64,000 nucleotides of DNA from Candidatus Sericytochromatia bacterium. GTDB taxonomy: Bacteria > Cyanobacteriota > Sericytochromatia > S15B-MN24 > JAQBPE01. A program made the translations under genes and the position numbers. The notes beneath the pieces are model-generated. The model did no database searches, was not told the DNA's origin, and worked only from the letters and a program-made list of their open reading frames with translations. Shown one piece after another: positions 44,168 through 55,123 of the stretch (position 1 is its first letter; each line of letters opens with the position of its first letter). The stretch is taken from NCBI GenBank assembly GCA_035285125.1, contig JAYKHR010000045.1:96001-160000 (forward strand), written 5' to 3'.

Positions 44168-47020
44168 TCAGTAGCTCCCGGCCGGCAGGATGCGCACCAT
44201 GTTGCTGCCAGCGTCTGCGATCACGAGGCGCCCGTCGGGCATCACGAGGAGGCCGATGGGCATGGACAGGGCGTCCTCGCCCTCGGGGCTCGTGAAGAAC
44301 TTGCCGCCGGGGCCCGCGATCGTCGTGATGACGCCCGCGGGCGTGATGCGGCGCATGCGGGGGGGCATGCCCACCAGCAGGGAGGCGTCGAGTGGGATGC
44401 TGGCGCCGAGCGTGGGGGCCATGGCCTCCAGGTTGCGGTCGCCGCTTTCCGCGACGTAGAGGTTGCCGGCCGCGTCGAAGGCGAGGCCGAGCGGGACGGA
44501 TAGCACCGCGTCCCGGGCCTGCAGGCCGTTCTCCGCCGCCAGGCCGGGGCCGGCCTTGAGCTCCAGCGCCCGCGGGATGGCCTGGCTCAGGGGCAGGCCG
44601 GCCACGAGCTCCACCGTCCCGGGGCTGCCGGTGCGCACCCGGTACACCCGCCCGGCCGCCGCGTCGCAGAACACCATGTGGCCGTCCGGGTCGCGCACCA
44701 CGGCCACGGGCATGACCGTCGCCAGCTCCGCCGGGTCCGGGCCGACGGCCTCGGCCAGGCCGATCAGGGCCACGGCGCGCTGGGCGCTGGTCAGCGCGCC
44801 GCGCCCCACGGCCGGGACGGCCTCACCGCTGGGCAGCAGCCGGAGCAGCTCGCCCGTGACGGGCCGGGTCCACCAGGGCTGCCCGTCCGGCCCGAAGGCC
44901 AGCCCGAAGGCTTCATTGAGGCTCGGGAGCCGGTGCCGGGTTTGCAGCGTGCCGTCCGGGCCGACGCGGAGGATGTGCTGGCTGCCCTGGTCCATCAGGT
45001 GCAGGGCGCCGTCGTGCCAAGCAATCCCCGTGAGGCTTTTCAGCAGGGCCTCACGGGCCTGCACGCCCTCCTCGGAGGTGCTGCCGCCGCCCGCCACAAC
45101 CGCGAGTCCCTTGCCATCGAAGCGTTTCACGCTGCGGCTGCCCGCCTCGGCGATGTGGAGCACCCCCTGGCCGTCTGCGGCCAGCCCGAGGGGTGTGTTG
45201 ATGGCGAAGGCCTGGGTCTCTCCCAGCTGGAAGGCGGCGGCCGTGCCCGCCACGGGCCGGGGAGGGCTGCCCGCACGCCAGGCCCACACCACGTTCGAGG
45301 CGAGGTCGGCGATGAACACGGTGCCGTCCGGGTGGGCGACCAGCGCCCCTGGGATCGCGGGGCCTGGGCTCAGCCCGTCCAGGGGCGCGAGCGTGCCGTC
45401 GGGCTGCAGCGCGAGCACCCGACCGCGCCTCCCCTCGCTGAGCAGCAGCCTGCCCTCGGGCGTGACGCACAGCCCGCCCTGGCCCTCGGTGGCGAGCCCG
45501 GCGGCAAGCTGGGTCCAGCGCCCCCCGGGGTCGAGGCGCCACAGGGTGCAGGAATTAGCGTCGCTGTCCCAGCGCAGCGAGTACACGGCCCCCCCGGGCC
45601 CTACCGCCACGCTCAGGATGTTGTGGCTGCCCTCGGGCGTATAGGCCTCCAGCGTCCCGCCAGGCCGCAGGGCCAGCAGCCGAGGGGGGCCGCCGGCAGC
45701 GCGGCTGGACCGCTCGCCCACCCAGAGCGTGCCGTCCGGCCCCAGGGCCAGGCAGAGGGGCGTGCAGTCCGCCTTCAGCGGGTCGGTCGGGGCGCTCCGG
45801 CCCTCCTTCCCCGTCCCGAGCACGACGGAGACCGTTTGCGCTGACCGCGAGACGCGGAGCACCTTGTTGGCCCCCTTGACCACCGCGTGCAGCGTGCCAT
45901 CCGGCCCCTCCACGAGGCCGGAGAGCGAGAAGGCGTTGTGCTTGATGCGGCCGTGGGTCTGGTCGAGCAGCAGCGCAAGCGTGCCGTCCGGCTGCAACTC
46001 CCGGATGCGGCCCGTGATCAGCTCGCCGATCACGAGGCGTCCCTCCCGCGACACGGCCAGGTGCAGGGGCCCGCCCAGCGGCACCTCCGTGGCGGGGCGG
46101 CCCGCCCCGAGCTCGGCCTGGCCGAGCAACAGGGCCTTGACCTCCGCAGCGACCTGCTCGACGGCCGGGACGCGCTGGCGCAGCCCGGCCGTGATGGCAT
46201 CGAGGGTCGTGGCCTCGTGCTTGAAGGCGCCCCGCACGAAGCCGCGCACGACGTCGAGCTCGCGCACCAGGCGCTCGTTCTCGCTGCGTGGCAGCTTGTC
46301 GAGCGTGGCTTGCTGGCCCCCGACGAGGCCGAGGACGTAGGTGGCGCCCAGGGTGGAGGCCGTCGAGAGGGGGAGGGTGGCCTCGCTGGCACCCTCGCGG
46401 GCGACGATGGCGGTCAGCTCGCCCCCGTCCCAGAGCCTGACGCGGGCGACGAGGTTCCCGGGCGGCAGCACGGCCTCGAGCTTGAACGTGGCGTCCGGGC
46501 CCGTCGTCGCTGCGAGGGGCCGGCCAGCCTCGTCGACGAGCAGCCGCCCGGCGGCGTCGTACAGGCGGACCTCGGCGTCTGAGAGGCCATAGACGCCAAG
46601 GCCGCTGCCGGCCTGCAGCACGCGGCGAGAGGCCGTGAGGCTGCCACCCCTGTTGCTCACGATGGCGGCGCTGTTGTTGCTCACGACGGTGCCGCTGTTG
46701 TTGCTGATGACGGCGCCCCCGAGGTCGCTGAGCAGGGCGCCTCCGGTGTTGCTCAGCAGCCCTCCCCCGGCGTCCCCGACCAGGGGGGCGCCCGGGTCGG
46801 CGATGAGGCGGGCGAGCCCCGTGAGGCGGGTGGGTTGGCCCCGCTGGGGCACGGCGAGGGTCGCGCCGGCCTGGCCGGGGGCGGCCGGGGAGGCTGCCGG
46901 CTGCAGCGGCCCCGGCGGCCGTGGGGACCGGCCGGGACGTGCCACGACGCTGGCCTGGCAGCCCAGGCACAGGGCCAGCAGGGCCGCGGTGAGGGTCAGG
47001 CGCAGGCTCGCTCGAGACAT
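44168..47020 (-). CDS. Mirror copy of NHL lipoprotein paralog 2
   Basis: Reverse complement of 39671-42523. Confidence 0.8.
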   Translation of the reverse strand: MSRASLRLTLTAALLALCLGCQASVVARPGRSPRPPGPLQPAASPAAPGQAGATLAVPQRGQPTRLTGLARLIADPGAPLVGDAGGGLLSNTGGALLSDLGGAVISNNSGTVVSNNSAAIVSNRGGSLTASRRVLQAGSGLGVYGLSDAEVRLYDAAGRLLVDEAGRPLAATTGPDATFKLEAVLPPGNLVARVRLWDGGELTAIVAREGASEATLPLSTASTLGATYVLGLVGGQQATLDKLPRSENERLVRELDVVRGFVRGAFKHEATTLDAITAGLRQRVPAVEQVAAEVKALLLGQAELGAGRPATEVPLGGPLHLAVSREGRLVIGELITGRIRELQPDGTLALLLDQTHGRIKHNAFSLSGLVEGPDGTLHAVVKGANKVLRVSRSAQTVSVVLGTGKEGRSAPTDPLKADCTPLCLALGPDGTLWVGERSSRAAGGPPRLLALRPGGTLEAYTPEGSHNILSVAVGPGGAVYSLRWDSDANSCTLWRLDPGGRWTQLAAGLATEGQGGLCVTPEGRLLLSEGRRGRVLALQPDGTLAPLDGLSPGPAIPGALVAHPDGTVFIADLASNVVWAWRAGSPPRPVAGTAAAFQLGETQAFAINTPLGLAADGQGVLHIAEAGSRSVKRFDGKGLAVVAGGGSTSEEGVQAREALLKSLTGIAWHDGALHLMDQGSQHILRVGPDGTLQTRHRLPSLNEAFGLAFGPDGQPWWTRPVTGELLRLLPSGEAVPAVGRGALTSAQRAVALIGLAEAVGPDPAELATVMPVAVVRDPDGHMVFCDAAAGRVYRVRTGSPGTVELVAGLPLSQAIPRALELKAGPGLAAENGLQARDAVLSVPLGLAFDAAGNLYVAESGDRNLEAMAPTLGASIPLDASLLVGMPPRMRRITPAGVITTIAGPGGKFFTSPEGEDALSMPIGLLVMPDGRLVIADAGSNMVRILPAGSY

Positions 47021-47076
47021 CGTGGGGATCAGGTACCCGCACGGCGCGGCCTCGAACCGGCCGGCCCGGCACCCCC

Positions 47077-50007
47077 TCAGTAGCTCCCGGCCGGCAGGAT
47101 GTGCACGAGGTTGCTGCCCGAGTCTGCGATGGCGAGCCGGCCGTCCGGGAACCAGGCGAGCCCCGTGGGCGTCACGAGGGCCTCCTCGGCGTCCGGATTC
47201 GCGAAGCGCCTCCCGCCGGGCCCGGCCACCGTGGTGATGACGCCCGCCGGCGTGATGCGGCGGATGCGCGTCGGCAAGACGGGCAGCAGCCCGAGATCGA
47301 TCGGGAAGTCGCGCCCGAGCAGCGGCACCAGGGCGTCCAGGTTGCGGGTGCCGGCCTCGCACACGTACACGTTGCCCGCGGCATCGAACGCGATGCCCGT
47401 CGGCACGCCGAGCATCGCCTCGCGGGCGGGGCGCCCCTCCTCGTCCGGCAGCGTCGGGTCCTGCGCGAGGCGCCCCAGCACCTCGCTGACGTGCAGGCCG
47501 GCGAACACCTCCAGCGTGGGGCTGGCCGTGCCGAAGCCCCGCACGCGGTAGACCTGCATGGTGCCGCTGTCCGAGACGTACAGGGCGCCATCCGGCCCGA
47601 AGGCGACGCCGAAGGGCACGATGAGGCGAATGTCGCCCGGTTCGAGGGTGCTCGGGCCGAGCAACAGGTTGCTGATGGCCGAGTTCACGGCCCCCTCCGA
47701 GAAGTCCTGGGCGGCGCCGAGCAGGTGTCGCACCACCGGCGTGCCACCAGCCGTGTCGAGCCACTGCACCTGGCGCACCTTGGCGTTCGCCCAGACGGGC
47801 TCGCCGCGGGGCCCCAGCGTGAGCCCGATCCCCCCTCCGAAGGTGCTGACGTCGCTCCCGACGCTCTCGCCCGGCGCCAGCGGCTTCGCGCCGCGGTCCT
47901 GCCCGGCAGCCGTTTCCATCACGCCGTCCGGGCGCATGCGCCTCAGGACGCCGTTCTGCTCGTCCACCACCCAAAGGCCGCTGGCCCCCCAGGCCACGCC
48001 CTTGGGGCCCGCGAGGCGGGCCTCGGTGGCCGGGCCTCCGTCCCCGCCGTGGCCGGCCACCGTGCCCGCCACCGTCACGAGGCTGTGGCCGTCGAAGGCC
48101 CGGATGGTGTGGCTGCCCACCTCGGAGATGAACAGGCGCTGCTGCCCGTCCAACGCGAGCCCGCCGGGCAGGTTGATCGCGAAGCCCCGGCCCTCCCCGG
48201 ACTGGAACAGCGCCTGCGTCCCTGCCACGAGCCGCGGGAGGCCGCCCGGCGGGAGGGAGGCGACCAGGTTGGAGGCCATGTCCGTCACGTGCAGCGTGCC
48301 GTCCGGGCCCACGCCGAGCCCGCTGGCGCGGCGGAGGCCCAGCGCCCGCAGGGCGTCCGCCTGCGGCAGCGCGGGCCAGCTGCCGTCCGCCGCCACCACC
48401 CTGATGCCCTCGGGGCCGTCGGTGCTCACGTAGACCGTGCCGTCGGGGGCGAGCGCGAGGTCTGCCCACTCTCCCGCGGGCAGCCCCTGCGCGACGGGCT
48501 CGAAGCGACCTGCGCTGAGGCGGCTGACGCGCCCCACCGGCTTGTACCCCTCGGCTGCGGGCGCCGTGCCGACGTGCAGCGCCCAGACCGTGCCCTCGGG
48601 GCCTGCTGCCAGCCCGGTCACGCTGCCCGGCCCCCAGGCCGGGTCCTGGAACACCTCCGTGCGCCCGTCCGGTCGCACCGCGATGAGCCTGGGCGGCGTG
48701 AGCTTGGTCTCTCCGCCGCCGCGCTCCTCCCCCACCCACAAGGTGCCGTCGGGCCCGAGGGCCAACGAGCGGGGCGCGACGCGCATGGCCGTGCGCGGGC
48801 CCGCCGGGTCGCGGCCCTGCGCTCCCGTGCCGAGCCAGGCCTCCGGAGGGGCGCCGGGCGCGAGCCGGTAGACCCGGAAGGCGTTGCGCTGCGTCAGGTA
48901 CAGGGTGCCATCGGGGGCCTCCACGAGGTCCTGCAGGCCCGGGTGGTTCGTCTTGAAGCTGCCGAAGCCCTTGTCCACCAAGGTCTCGAGCGTCCCATCT
49001 GCCGCCAGCCGCCGGACGCGACCGGGGCGAAGCTCCGTCACGAGCAGCCCGCGGGGGGTCGCGACCACGGCCCCGGGGCCGCCCAGCGGGACCTCGGTGG
49101 CGAGCCGGCCGCTGCCGAGCCGGGCCTGGCCGAGCAGCAGGGCCTTGATGTCCTCGGCGACGCGGTCCACGGCGGGGACGCGCTGCCGGAGCTTGGCCGT
49201 GATGGCATCGAGGGTGGCGGCCTGGTGCGCGAAGGCGCCCCTGGCGAAGCCGCGCACGACGTCGAGCTCGCGGTTGAGGCGGTCGCTCTCGGCCCGGGGG
49301 AGCTTGTCGAGGACCGCCTGCTGGCCAGCCACGAGCCCCAGCACGTAGCTGGCGCCGAGCGAGGAGGCCGTGGTGAGCTCCAGGGACGCTTGCTGGGCCC
49401 CGTCTTGTGCCACGATGGCGGTGAGCTCGCCGCCGTCCCAGAGCCTGATGCGGGCGACGAGGTTTCCGGGGGGCAGCACCGCCTCGAGGCGGAACGCCGC
49501 GTCGGAGCCGGTGGTGGCCGCGAGGGGCTTGCCCGCTTCGTCAACGAGCAGCCGCCCCGTGGCGTCGAAGAGGCGCAGCTCCGCGTCCGCGAGGCCGTAG
49601 ATGCCCAGGCCCGCGCCCGCCTGCAGCACCACCCGCCGTGCCGGGCCCGTGAGACCCGCGCCGTTGTTGCCGAGCAGCCGGCCGCCGCTGTTGCTGATAA
49701 CGCCGCCGCCCTGGTCGCTGATCAGGCCGCCCCCCTGATCGCTGATCAGGGCCCCCCCCTGATCGCTGATCAGGGCGCCGCCCGGGTGGGCGATCAGCTT
49801 CGCCTTGCCCGTGAGGGTGCTGGCCGTGCCGCGTTGGGGCACGACGACCACCCTCCCCTTGGCCGAGACGGCGCTGGGGAGCACCCGGCCAGGGCGCGAG
49901 GCGCCGGCCTTGGGTCGCGGCCCGCTGGCTGGACCTGCGGCCTGACAGCCGACCAGCAACACCAGCAGGGCCGTGCCGAGCGTCCGAAGCCGGGGGAGGC
50001 GCGCCAT
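47077..50007 (-). CDS. Mirror copy of NHL lipoprotein paralog 1
   Basis: Reverse complement of 36684-39614. Confidence 0.8.
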   Translation of the reverse strand: MARLPRLRTLGTALLVLLVGCQAAGPASGPRPKAGASRPGRVLPSAVSAKGRVVVVPQRGTASTLTGKAKLIAHPGGALISDQGGALISDQGGGLISDQGGGVISNSGGRLLGNNGAGLTGPARRVVLQAGAGLGIYGLADAELRLFDATGRLLVDEAGKPLAATTGSDAAFRLEAVLPPGNLVARIRLWDGGELTAIVAQDGAQQASLELTTASSLGASYVLGLVAGQQAVLDKLPRAESDRLNRELDVVRGFARGAFAHQAATLDAITAKLRQRVPAVDRVAEDIKALLLGQARLGSGRLATEVPLGGPGAVVATPRGLLVTELRPGRVRRLAADGTLETLVDKGFGSFKTNHPGLQDLVEAPDGTLYLTQRNAFRVYRLAPGAPPEAWLGTGAQGRDPAGPRTAMRVAPRSLALGPDGTLWVGEERGGGETKLTPPRLIAVRPDGRTEVFQDPAWGPGSVTGLAAGPEGTVWALHVGTAPAAEGYKPVGRVSRLSAGRFEPVAQGLPAGEWADLALAPDGTVYVSTDGPEGIRVVAADGSWPALPQADALRALGLRRASGLGVGPDGTLHVTDMASNLVASLPPGGLPRLVAGTQALFQSGEGRGFAINLPGGLALDGQQRLFISEVGSHTIRAFDGHSLVTVAGTVAGHGGDGGPATEARLAGPKGVAWGASGLWVVDEQNGVLRRMRPDGVMETAAGQDRGAKPLAPGESVGSDVSTFGGGIGLTLGPRGEPVWANAKVRQVQWLDTAGGTPVVRHLLGAAQDFSEGAVNSAISNLLLGPSTLEPGDIRLIVPFGVAFGPDGALYVSDSGTMQVYRVRGFGTASPTLEVFAGLHVSEVLGRLAQDPTLPDEEGRPAREAMLGVPTGIAFDAAGNVYVCEAGTRNLDALVPLLGRDFPIDLGLLPVLPTRIRRITPAGVITTVAGPGGRRFANPDAEEALVTPTGLAWFPDGRLAIADSGSNLVHILPAGSY

Positions 50008-50186
50008 GGCCCCAACGTACCCCTCGCCAGCGCGCTGAAAACGAGCCCGCGGCGTCGTGAAGCCTCCTGGCAGGGGCTCCGCCGGGACCATGCGGACCTG
50101 GCCGTGGCCCGCATCGGCGACGGTCCGCCGCCCGTCCGGCCGGGGGGTGACCGCCATCGGGACGCCCAGCGCGTCCTTTGCACCTG

Positions 50187-51488
50187 TCAGCCCTCCGGCG
50201 TGGGCGCCTCGCCGCCCGGCAGCACGATCGAGGTGACGCACTGGGCCGGATCGAAGTGCTCCCGCAGCAACGCCTCGGCTTCCTCCCGCGTGAGCCTGGT
50301 CAACAACTCGGGGATGGCGAAGTAGTCGCCGTGCTGGAAGGCGACCTCCGTCACCTGGTTCGCCACGGCCTCCGGGCTGTTGAGCGTGTAGAGGTAGTCC
50401 CCGATCTGCTTGTGGCCGGCCCGCTCGAACTCGTCCGCGGGCAGGCCCTCGCGGCGGAAGGCTTCGACGGCGGCGAGCACGGCCTGCTCGAAGGCGGCCG
50501 GGTCGTCCGTCTCCGTCCCGATGTACGAGTAGCCGAAGCCCTCGCCGAGGTCGTAGTCGTAGGCGAGCATGTCGTCGATGGCGCCCTGGTCGAGCAGGTC
50601 CTGGAACAGCGCGGACGAGCGGCCGAACATCACGTCTTGCAGCAGGCCCATCAGCAGCGTGCGCCGCAGGTGACCCTCCGCAGGCGTCGTCGTCCGGTCT
50701 TTCCAGCCGAGCAGCACCATCGGCCGAGAGACGGCGAGCCGCACGGTGTGCGTCCGGCGCGCGGGCTCAGGCGGCTCGGGTGGGAAGACGCGCGTGATCG
50801 GGCGGGCCGGCGGGAAGGCCTTGCGCGCCTGGTTCTCCCGCACGAGGGCCATGACGCGGTCCGGCGCGAGGTCGCCCACCACGCACAGCCGCATGTTGCT
50901 GGGGTGGTAGAACGTCTCGTAGCAGGCCATCAGCGTCTCGCGGTCGATGCGGCCGATCGACTCGGCCGTCCCTGCGATGTCGATGCGCACCGGGTTCACG
51001 TGGAACAGGTTCTCGAGCAGGTGCCGGTGGGCCCGCCAGTACGCCATGTCGTCGTACATGCGGATCTCCTGCTCGATGATGCCCTTCTCCTTCTCCACGT
51101 TCTCGGGCGTCAGGTGGGGCCGCTGCACGAAGTCCAGCAGCGTCTCGAGGTTCGTCTCGACCTGGTCGGTGGCGGAGAACAGGTAGGCCGTGCGGTTGTG
51201 GCTCGTGAAGGCGTTGGCGGAGGCGCCCTGGCTCGAGAAGGTGTGGAAGATGTCCCCCCACTCCTCTTCGAACAGCTTGTGCTCGAGGAAGTGCGCGATG
51301 CCGTCGGGCACCTGGCAGGCGGGCTCTCCCTCCCGCTGGAAGTGGTTGTCGACCGACCCGTAGCGGGTCGTGAAGACGGCGAAGGTCTTCGCGTAGCCGG
51401 GCCGCGGCACGAGCTGGACCACCAGCCCGTTGGGCAGCGTCTCCTCGTACACGGACTCCTTGAGGGTGTCGAAGGTGCGGACTTGCAC
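50187..51488 (-). CDS. ymfH: Mirror copy of M16 peptidase YmfH-like
   Basis: Reverse complement of 35203-36504. Confidence 0.82.
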   Translation of the reverse strand: MQVRTFDTLKESVYEETLPNGLVVQLVPRPGYAKTFAVFTTRYGSVDNHFQREGEPACQVPDGIAHFLEHKLFEEEWGDIFHTFSSQGASANAFTSHNRTAYLFSATDQVETNLETLLDFVQRPHLTPENVEKEKGIIEQEIRMYDDMAYWRAHRHLLENLFHVNPVRIDIAGTAESIGRIDRETLMACYETFYHPSNMRLCVVGDLAPDRVMALVRENQARKAFPPARPITRVFPPEPPEPARRTHTVRLAVSRPMVLLGWKDRTTTPAEGHLRRTLLMGLLQDVMFGRSSALFQDLLDQGAIDDMLAYDYDLGEGFGYSYIGTETDDPAAFEQAVLAAVEAFRREGLPADEFERAGHKQIGDYLYTLNSPEAVANQVTEVAFQHGDYFAIPELLTRLTREEAEALLREHFDPAQCVTSIVLPGGEAPTPEG

Positions 51489-51496
51489 GGGACCTC

Positions 51497-52801
51497 CTAG
51501 GGGGCGGCCGTCGGGGCGGGCTGCGCGTCGCGCAGGAAGTACACGGTGTCGAGCCGGAGGGTCTCAGCGGCGGCCGCGACCTCGGGGACGCCGATGGTGG
51601 GCAGCACCGCCGCCAGCGCCTCGTGCGGGTGCTCCCGGCCCGCGACCAGCGCCTCGAAGGCCTGCATGATCAGCCTGCCCGGGCTGTCCTCGACCTCGTG
51701 GTGGCCGTGCAGCATCATGGCGCGCGTCTGTGCGAGCTCCTGCTCCGAGACCTCTCCCCGCCGCATCGCCTCGAGGGCGGCCTCGACGACGGCGACGGCC
51801 CGCGGCTCGTTGGCCACGTCGATGCCGGCCTGGATGAACAGCACGCCCCGGTGGGGGTCGTAGCGCGAGCCCGTGGCGTAGGCCAGGCTCTCCTGCTCCC
51901 GCAGCGTCATGAACAGCTTGGAGTGCGCGAAGGCCCCGAGCACGCCGTTGTACACCGCCATCGCGTGGTAGCCCGGGTCCACGAGCCGCACGGGCGTGCG
52001 CAGCCCCACCACGAGCTGCCCCTGGTTCACGTCCTGCGCCTCCGTGATCCGGCGCACCGCAGGCGCGACCGGTGGCAGCGGCACGCCTGGCGCCATCGGG
52101 GCTTCCACGGGGCGCCCCGCCCGCAGGCCCTCGAAGGTGAAGACGCGGCGCAGCTCCTCAGCCACTGCGTCGGGGTCGACGTCGCCCACCACGAAGGCAT
52201 CCATCGTGCTCTCGGCCAGCAGGCGACCGTACTCGGCCTCCAGCGCCGCCGGGTCGATGGCGGGCAGGTCCTCGATCCGACCCCCGGCGAACAGGCCGTA
52301 GGCGTCGCCCGGGAACATCGCCTCGACGCAGCGGATCCGCGCGTAGGACGCCTTGTTGTTGAAGATGCCCTCGACCCGCTTCCGCAGCGCGTCCTTTTCC
52401 AGCTCGACGAAGGACGCCTTGAGGGCACCGGCCTCCCGCACGGGACGGGTCAGCACCTCGTAGAGTAAGGCGAGGCCCTGCCTCAGCAGCTCGGGGCGGC
52501 CCGGGATGTACTTGCCGTTGGGCAGCTCGAGGCGGAACTGCACGACCTGTCGATCGCCGAGCTTGTGCACGTCGGCCGTCAGGAATGACCCGTACAGCTG
52601 GTCGAGCGCCGCGTTCATCGACCGCACGCTCGGGTGGGTCGCCGTGCCGCGCGTCAGGACATAGGGCAGCAGGGCCACCCGCGTGACGCGGCCTTGCTCG
52701 AGCGGCAGGCGCATGGTCACGACCACGGTGTTGGTCTTGAACTTGTCCGTGGCAAGCACGTGGAGCCCCATCGACGGGTGCTCGAGGTGTTTGAATCGCA
52801 C
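51497..52801 (-). CDS. ymfF: Mirror copy of M16 non-catalytic subunit YmfF-like
   Basis: Reverse complement of 33890-35194. Confidence 0.8.
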   Translation of the reverse strand: MRFKHLEHPSMGLHVLATDKFKTNTVVVTMRLPLEQGRVTRVALLPYVLTRGTATHPSVRSMNAALDQLYGSFLTADVHKLGDRQVVQFRLELPNGKYIPGRPELLRQGLALLYEVLTRPVREAGALKASFVELEKDALRKRVEGIFNNKASYARIRCVEAMFPGDAYGLFAGGRIEDLPAIDPAALEAEYGRLLAESTMDAFVVGDVDPDAVAEELRRVFTFEGLRAGRPVEAPMAPGVPLPPVAPAVRRITEAQDVNQGQLVVGLRTPVRLVDPGYHAMAVYNGVLGAFAHSKLFMTLREQESLAYATGSRYDPHRGVLFIQAGIDVANEPRAVAVVEAALEAMRRGEVSEQELAQTRAMMLHGHHEVEDSPGRLIMQAFEALVAGREHPHEALAAVLPTIGVPEVAAAAETLRLDTVYFLRDAQPAPTAAP

Positions 52802-52896
52802 GGCTGCCTGCCTTCTCGCTTCGAAATGAGCGCCAGAAGGGCTATCGTAGCAAACCCCCAGGGGGCGAGCAAGCGGCCAGGCGGGCCTTCAGGGCG

Positions 52897-53316
52897 TCAG
52901 GCGGCCTGCACGCTACGGGCCTGGAAGCGGAGCAGCACCTCCAGCTGAGGCTCGCGCAGCACCTCTTCCTCGACCAGCAGGGTGCCGAGCGGCTTGCCCG
53001 TGGCCCGCTGCAGCTTCAGCGCGATCGCCACCTGAGAGGGCGTCAGCACCGCGTTCTCGATCAGCAGGTGCCCGAGCGGCTTGCGCGGCCCCGGCGCGAC
53101 GGCCAGCTGGCGCTGCAGGTGCAGGTAGGGGCCCAGCGTCTCGGCATCGCAGATCCCGAGTTCCAGCACCACGCGGCCGAAGGGCACGTACCCGACCTCC
53201 CCGCGCAGGGCCTCCCAGGCCTCGACGGCCAGCGCCAGCGTGGCCTCGTCGATCAATCCCTCGCGCTGCATGATCAGGCCGAGCAGCGGCTTGCGGGTCG
53301 GCGCGCCAACGGGCAT
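52897..53316 (-). CDS. Mirror copy of MshEN-like protein
   Basis: Reverse complement of 33375-33794. Confidence 0.7.
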   Translation of the reverse strand: MPVGAPTRKPLLGLIMQREGLIDEATLALAVEAWEALRGEVGYVPFGRVVLELGICDAETLGPYLHLQRQLAVAPGPRKPLGHLLIENAVLTPSQVAIALKLQRATGKPLGTLLVEEEVLREPQLEVLLRFQARSVQAA

Positions 53317-53677
53317 GGCGGTACTCCTGAGGGGGCGGGGCTGCTTCGGTCGTTGTCCCACCTGGCCGCGCTGGGGTTGCGTGTCACAACTCAGGCTTTG
53401 CTGAACCTTAACCGGTTGTGCGGACGGGGCCCGATCTTCCGGCCTTCCGGGCGATCTGGTTAACCTTCCATTAATCAGCCAGGTGATGATGCCCGGGCAT
53501 AACTGAAACAGGGGGGCGGAGGCTGCTGCGCCGGACCCTCGGGAACTCGGAATCGGTCGGTTCGGGCCCCTTGCCTGCCACGACGGGTTAACACCGAACG
53601 GGCACAGGGCATGGAGATTGAACCGAAACGTTAAGCGGGGCCATCGGGCTCCCGTCGTGCTGATGAAGGAGGGTCTT

Positions 53678-55054
53678 GTGAGCTCGAACCAAACCAACCC
53701 CTGGCTCACGCGCTACCGGGGGCGCCTCACGCTTACCGCTGCCGCCTTTGCCGTGGCGGCCTGGGGCTGCGCCAACCCCGCGGCAAACCTGGGTGGCAAC
53801 CAGACGCAGGGGGTCGCCCCCCGCGGCACCGGCACCGTCAACCAGGGCAAGGGTGGCCCGCAGTTCCTCTCTCCTGAGGACGTCCCCGGCCTGAAGGCGC
53901 CTGGCAAGACGGACACGGCCGCGGGCCCGGCGCCCGGGACGGCCGGACAGGTGGCAGGCCCTGCCGGGACGACCCCAGGCGCTGCGGGAGCTGCAGGTGC
54001 GCTGCCCGACTACGCGCCGCCGACCCAACCCGTGGTGGTCAACGCGGCGGCTGCGCCGGGCTTCACCGACGTGCCCGTCTCCAACCTGCCCTTCAACGCG
54101 GCCAAGCCGCTCACCGAGGCCGTCAACTGGACGCGCCCCTCGGTCTATGTCGACCCCAAGGTGGGTGAGGTCTTCCCGAAGGGCGGCGATGCCACCATCG
54201 TCGGACGGATCATCGACGACAAGGGCAATCCCGCGGCGAACGTCCCTGTGATGACGGAGCTCCAGCAGACCACCACCAACGCTGACGGCTGGTACCAGAT
54301 CAAGGCCAAGCCCTCGCCGGCTTCCCCCATCCGCGTCGGCTCGAACGCGGCTGGCTACGTGCCCTTTGACGACTTCCTCGGCGTCTACCCCAACGAGACC
54401 GCCACCTACCACACGCAGGTGCTGCGGCTCGACCGGCAGGTCACCCGCATCAACATCGCGCAGGGCGGCGTGGCGCACAGCACGCCCCTGACGGGCACCG
54501 TGGCGGCGGGCGTCACCAACGCCTCCGTGCTGGACCCTGCGCGGGCCTTCGGCTTGTTCGCCGCGCTGACGGACGAGGAGCTGTACACGGTGTATATGGA
54601 GGTCCCCGCGGGGGCGCTTCAGATGCCCGACGGGGAGGAAGAGACCGAAATCCGCCTGACGTGGCTCAACCCCCTGCCGCGCGACGGCAAGCCCTACGGC
54701 GACCTGTACGGTCCGCTTCAGACCTACACGCTCTGGAACGACTCGACGCAGTCCCCGACCCCGACCGATCAGATCGCCCCCTTCCTGCCCGTCAACTTCG
54801 CCGACCTCGACCTCGGCGGCGCCGTGATCAAGCCGGGCGCGGAGGTCAAGGTGAAGTGGGTCGTCGGCAAGGAGGTCGAGAGGCAGTACCCGATCTCGCT
54901 GACCAACGGCCAGGCCTTCTTCCCCTGCTACCAGTACGACTTCGGGACCGGCTGGACGAAGCCCGTGCTCGCCACCGTGTTCCAGGAGCGCGGGTACTTC
55001 TGGGCGACCTACACGATGCGTGGCTCCAACTCGCCGGCGGTGGTGACGAACTAG
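53678..55054 (+). CDS. Mirror copy of carboxypeptidase-regulatory-like domain lipoprotein
   Basis: Reverse complement of 31637-33013. Confidence 0.75.
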   Translation: MSSNQTNPWLTRYRGRLTLTAAAFAVAAWGCANPAANLGGNQTQGVAPRGTGTVNQGKGGPQFLSPEDVPGLKAPGKTDTAAGPAPGTAGQVAGPAGTTPGAAGAAGALPDYAPPTQPVVVNAAAAPGFTDVPVSNLPFNAAKPLTEAVNWTRPSVYVDPKVGEVFPKGGDATIVGRIIDDKGNPAANVPVMTELQQTTTNADGWYQIKAKPSPASPIRVGSNAAGYVPFDDFLGVYPNETATYHTQVLRLDRQVTRINIAQGGVAHSTPLTGTVAAGVTNASVLDPARAFGLFAALTDEELYTVYMEVPAGALQMPDGEEETEIRLTWLNPLPRDGKPYGDLYGPLQTYTLWNDSTQSPTPTDQIAPFLPVNFADLDLGGAVIKPGAEVKVKWVVGKEVERQYPISLTNGQAFFPCYQYDFGTGWTKPVLATVFQERGYFWATYTMRGSNSPAVVTN

Positions 55055-55123
55055 GGCGGCCCGCCCCTCTCGTTCGTCCGACAGCTGCAGAGCTTGCCTG
55101 ATTCAAGTCGAAAGGAAGATTCC

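Noticed and set aside
42188..44503. Two identical 645-aa ORFs on opposite strands
   Set aside because: Created by the palindrome. After RELDV the protein is just the antisense translation of its own first half.
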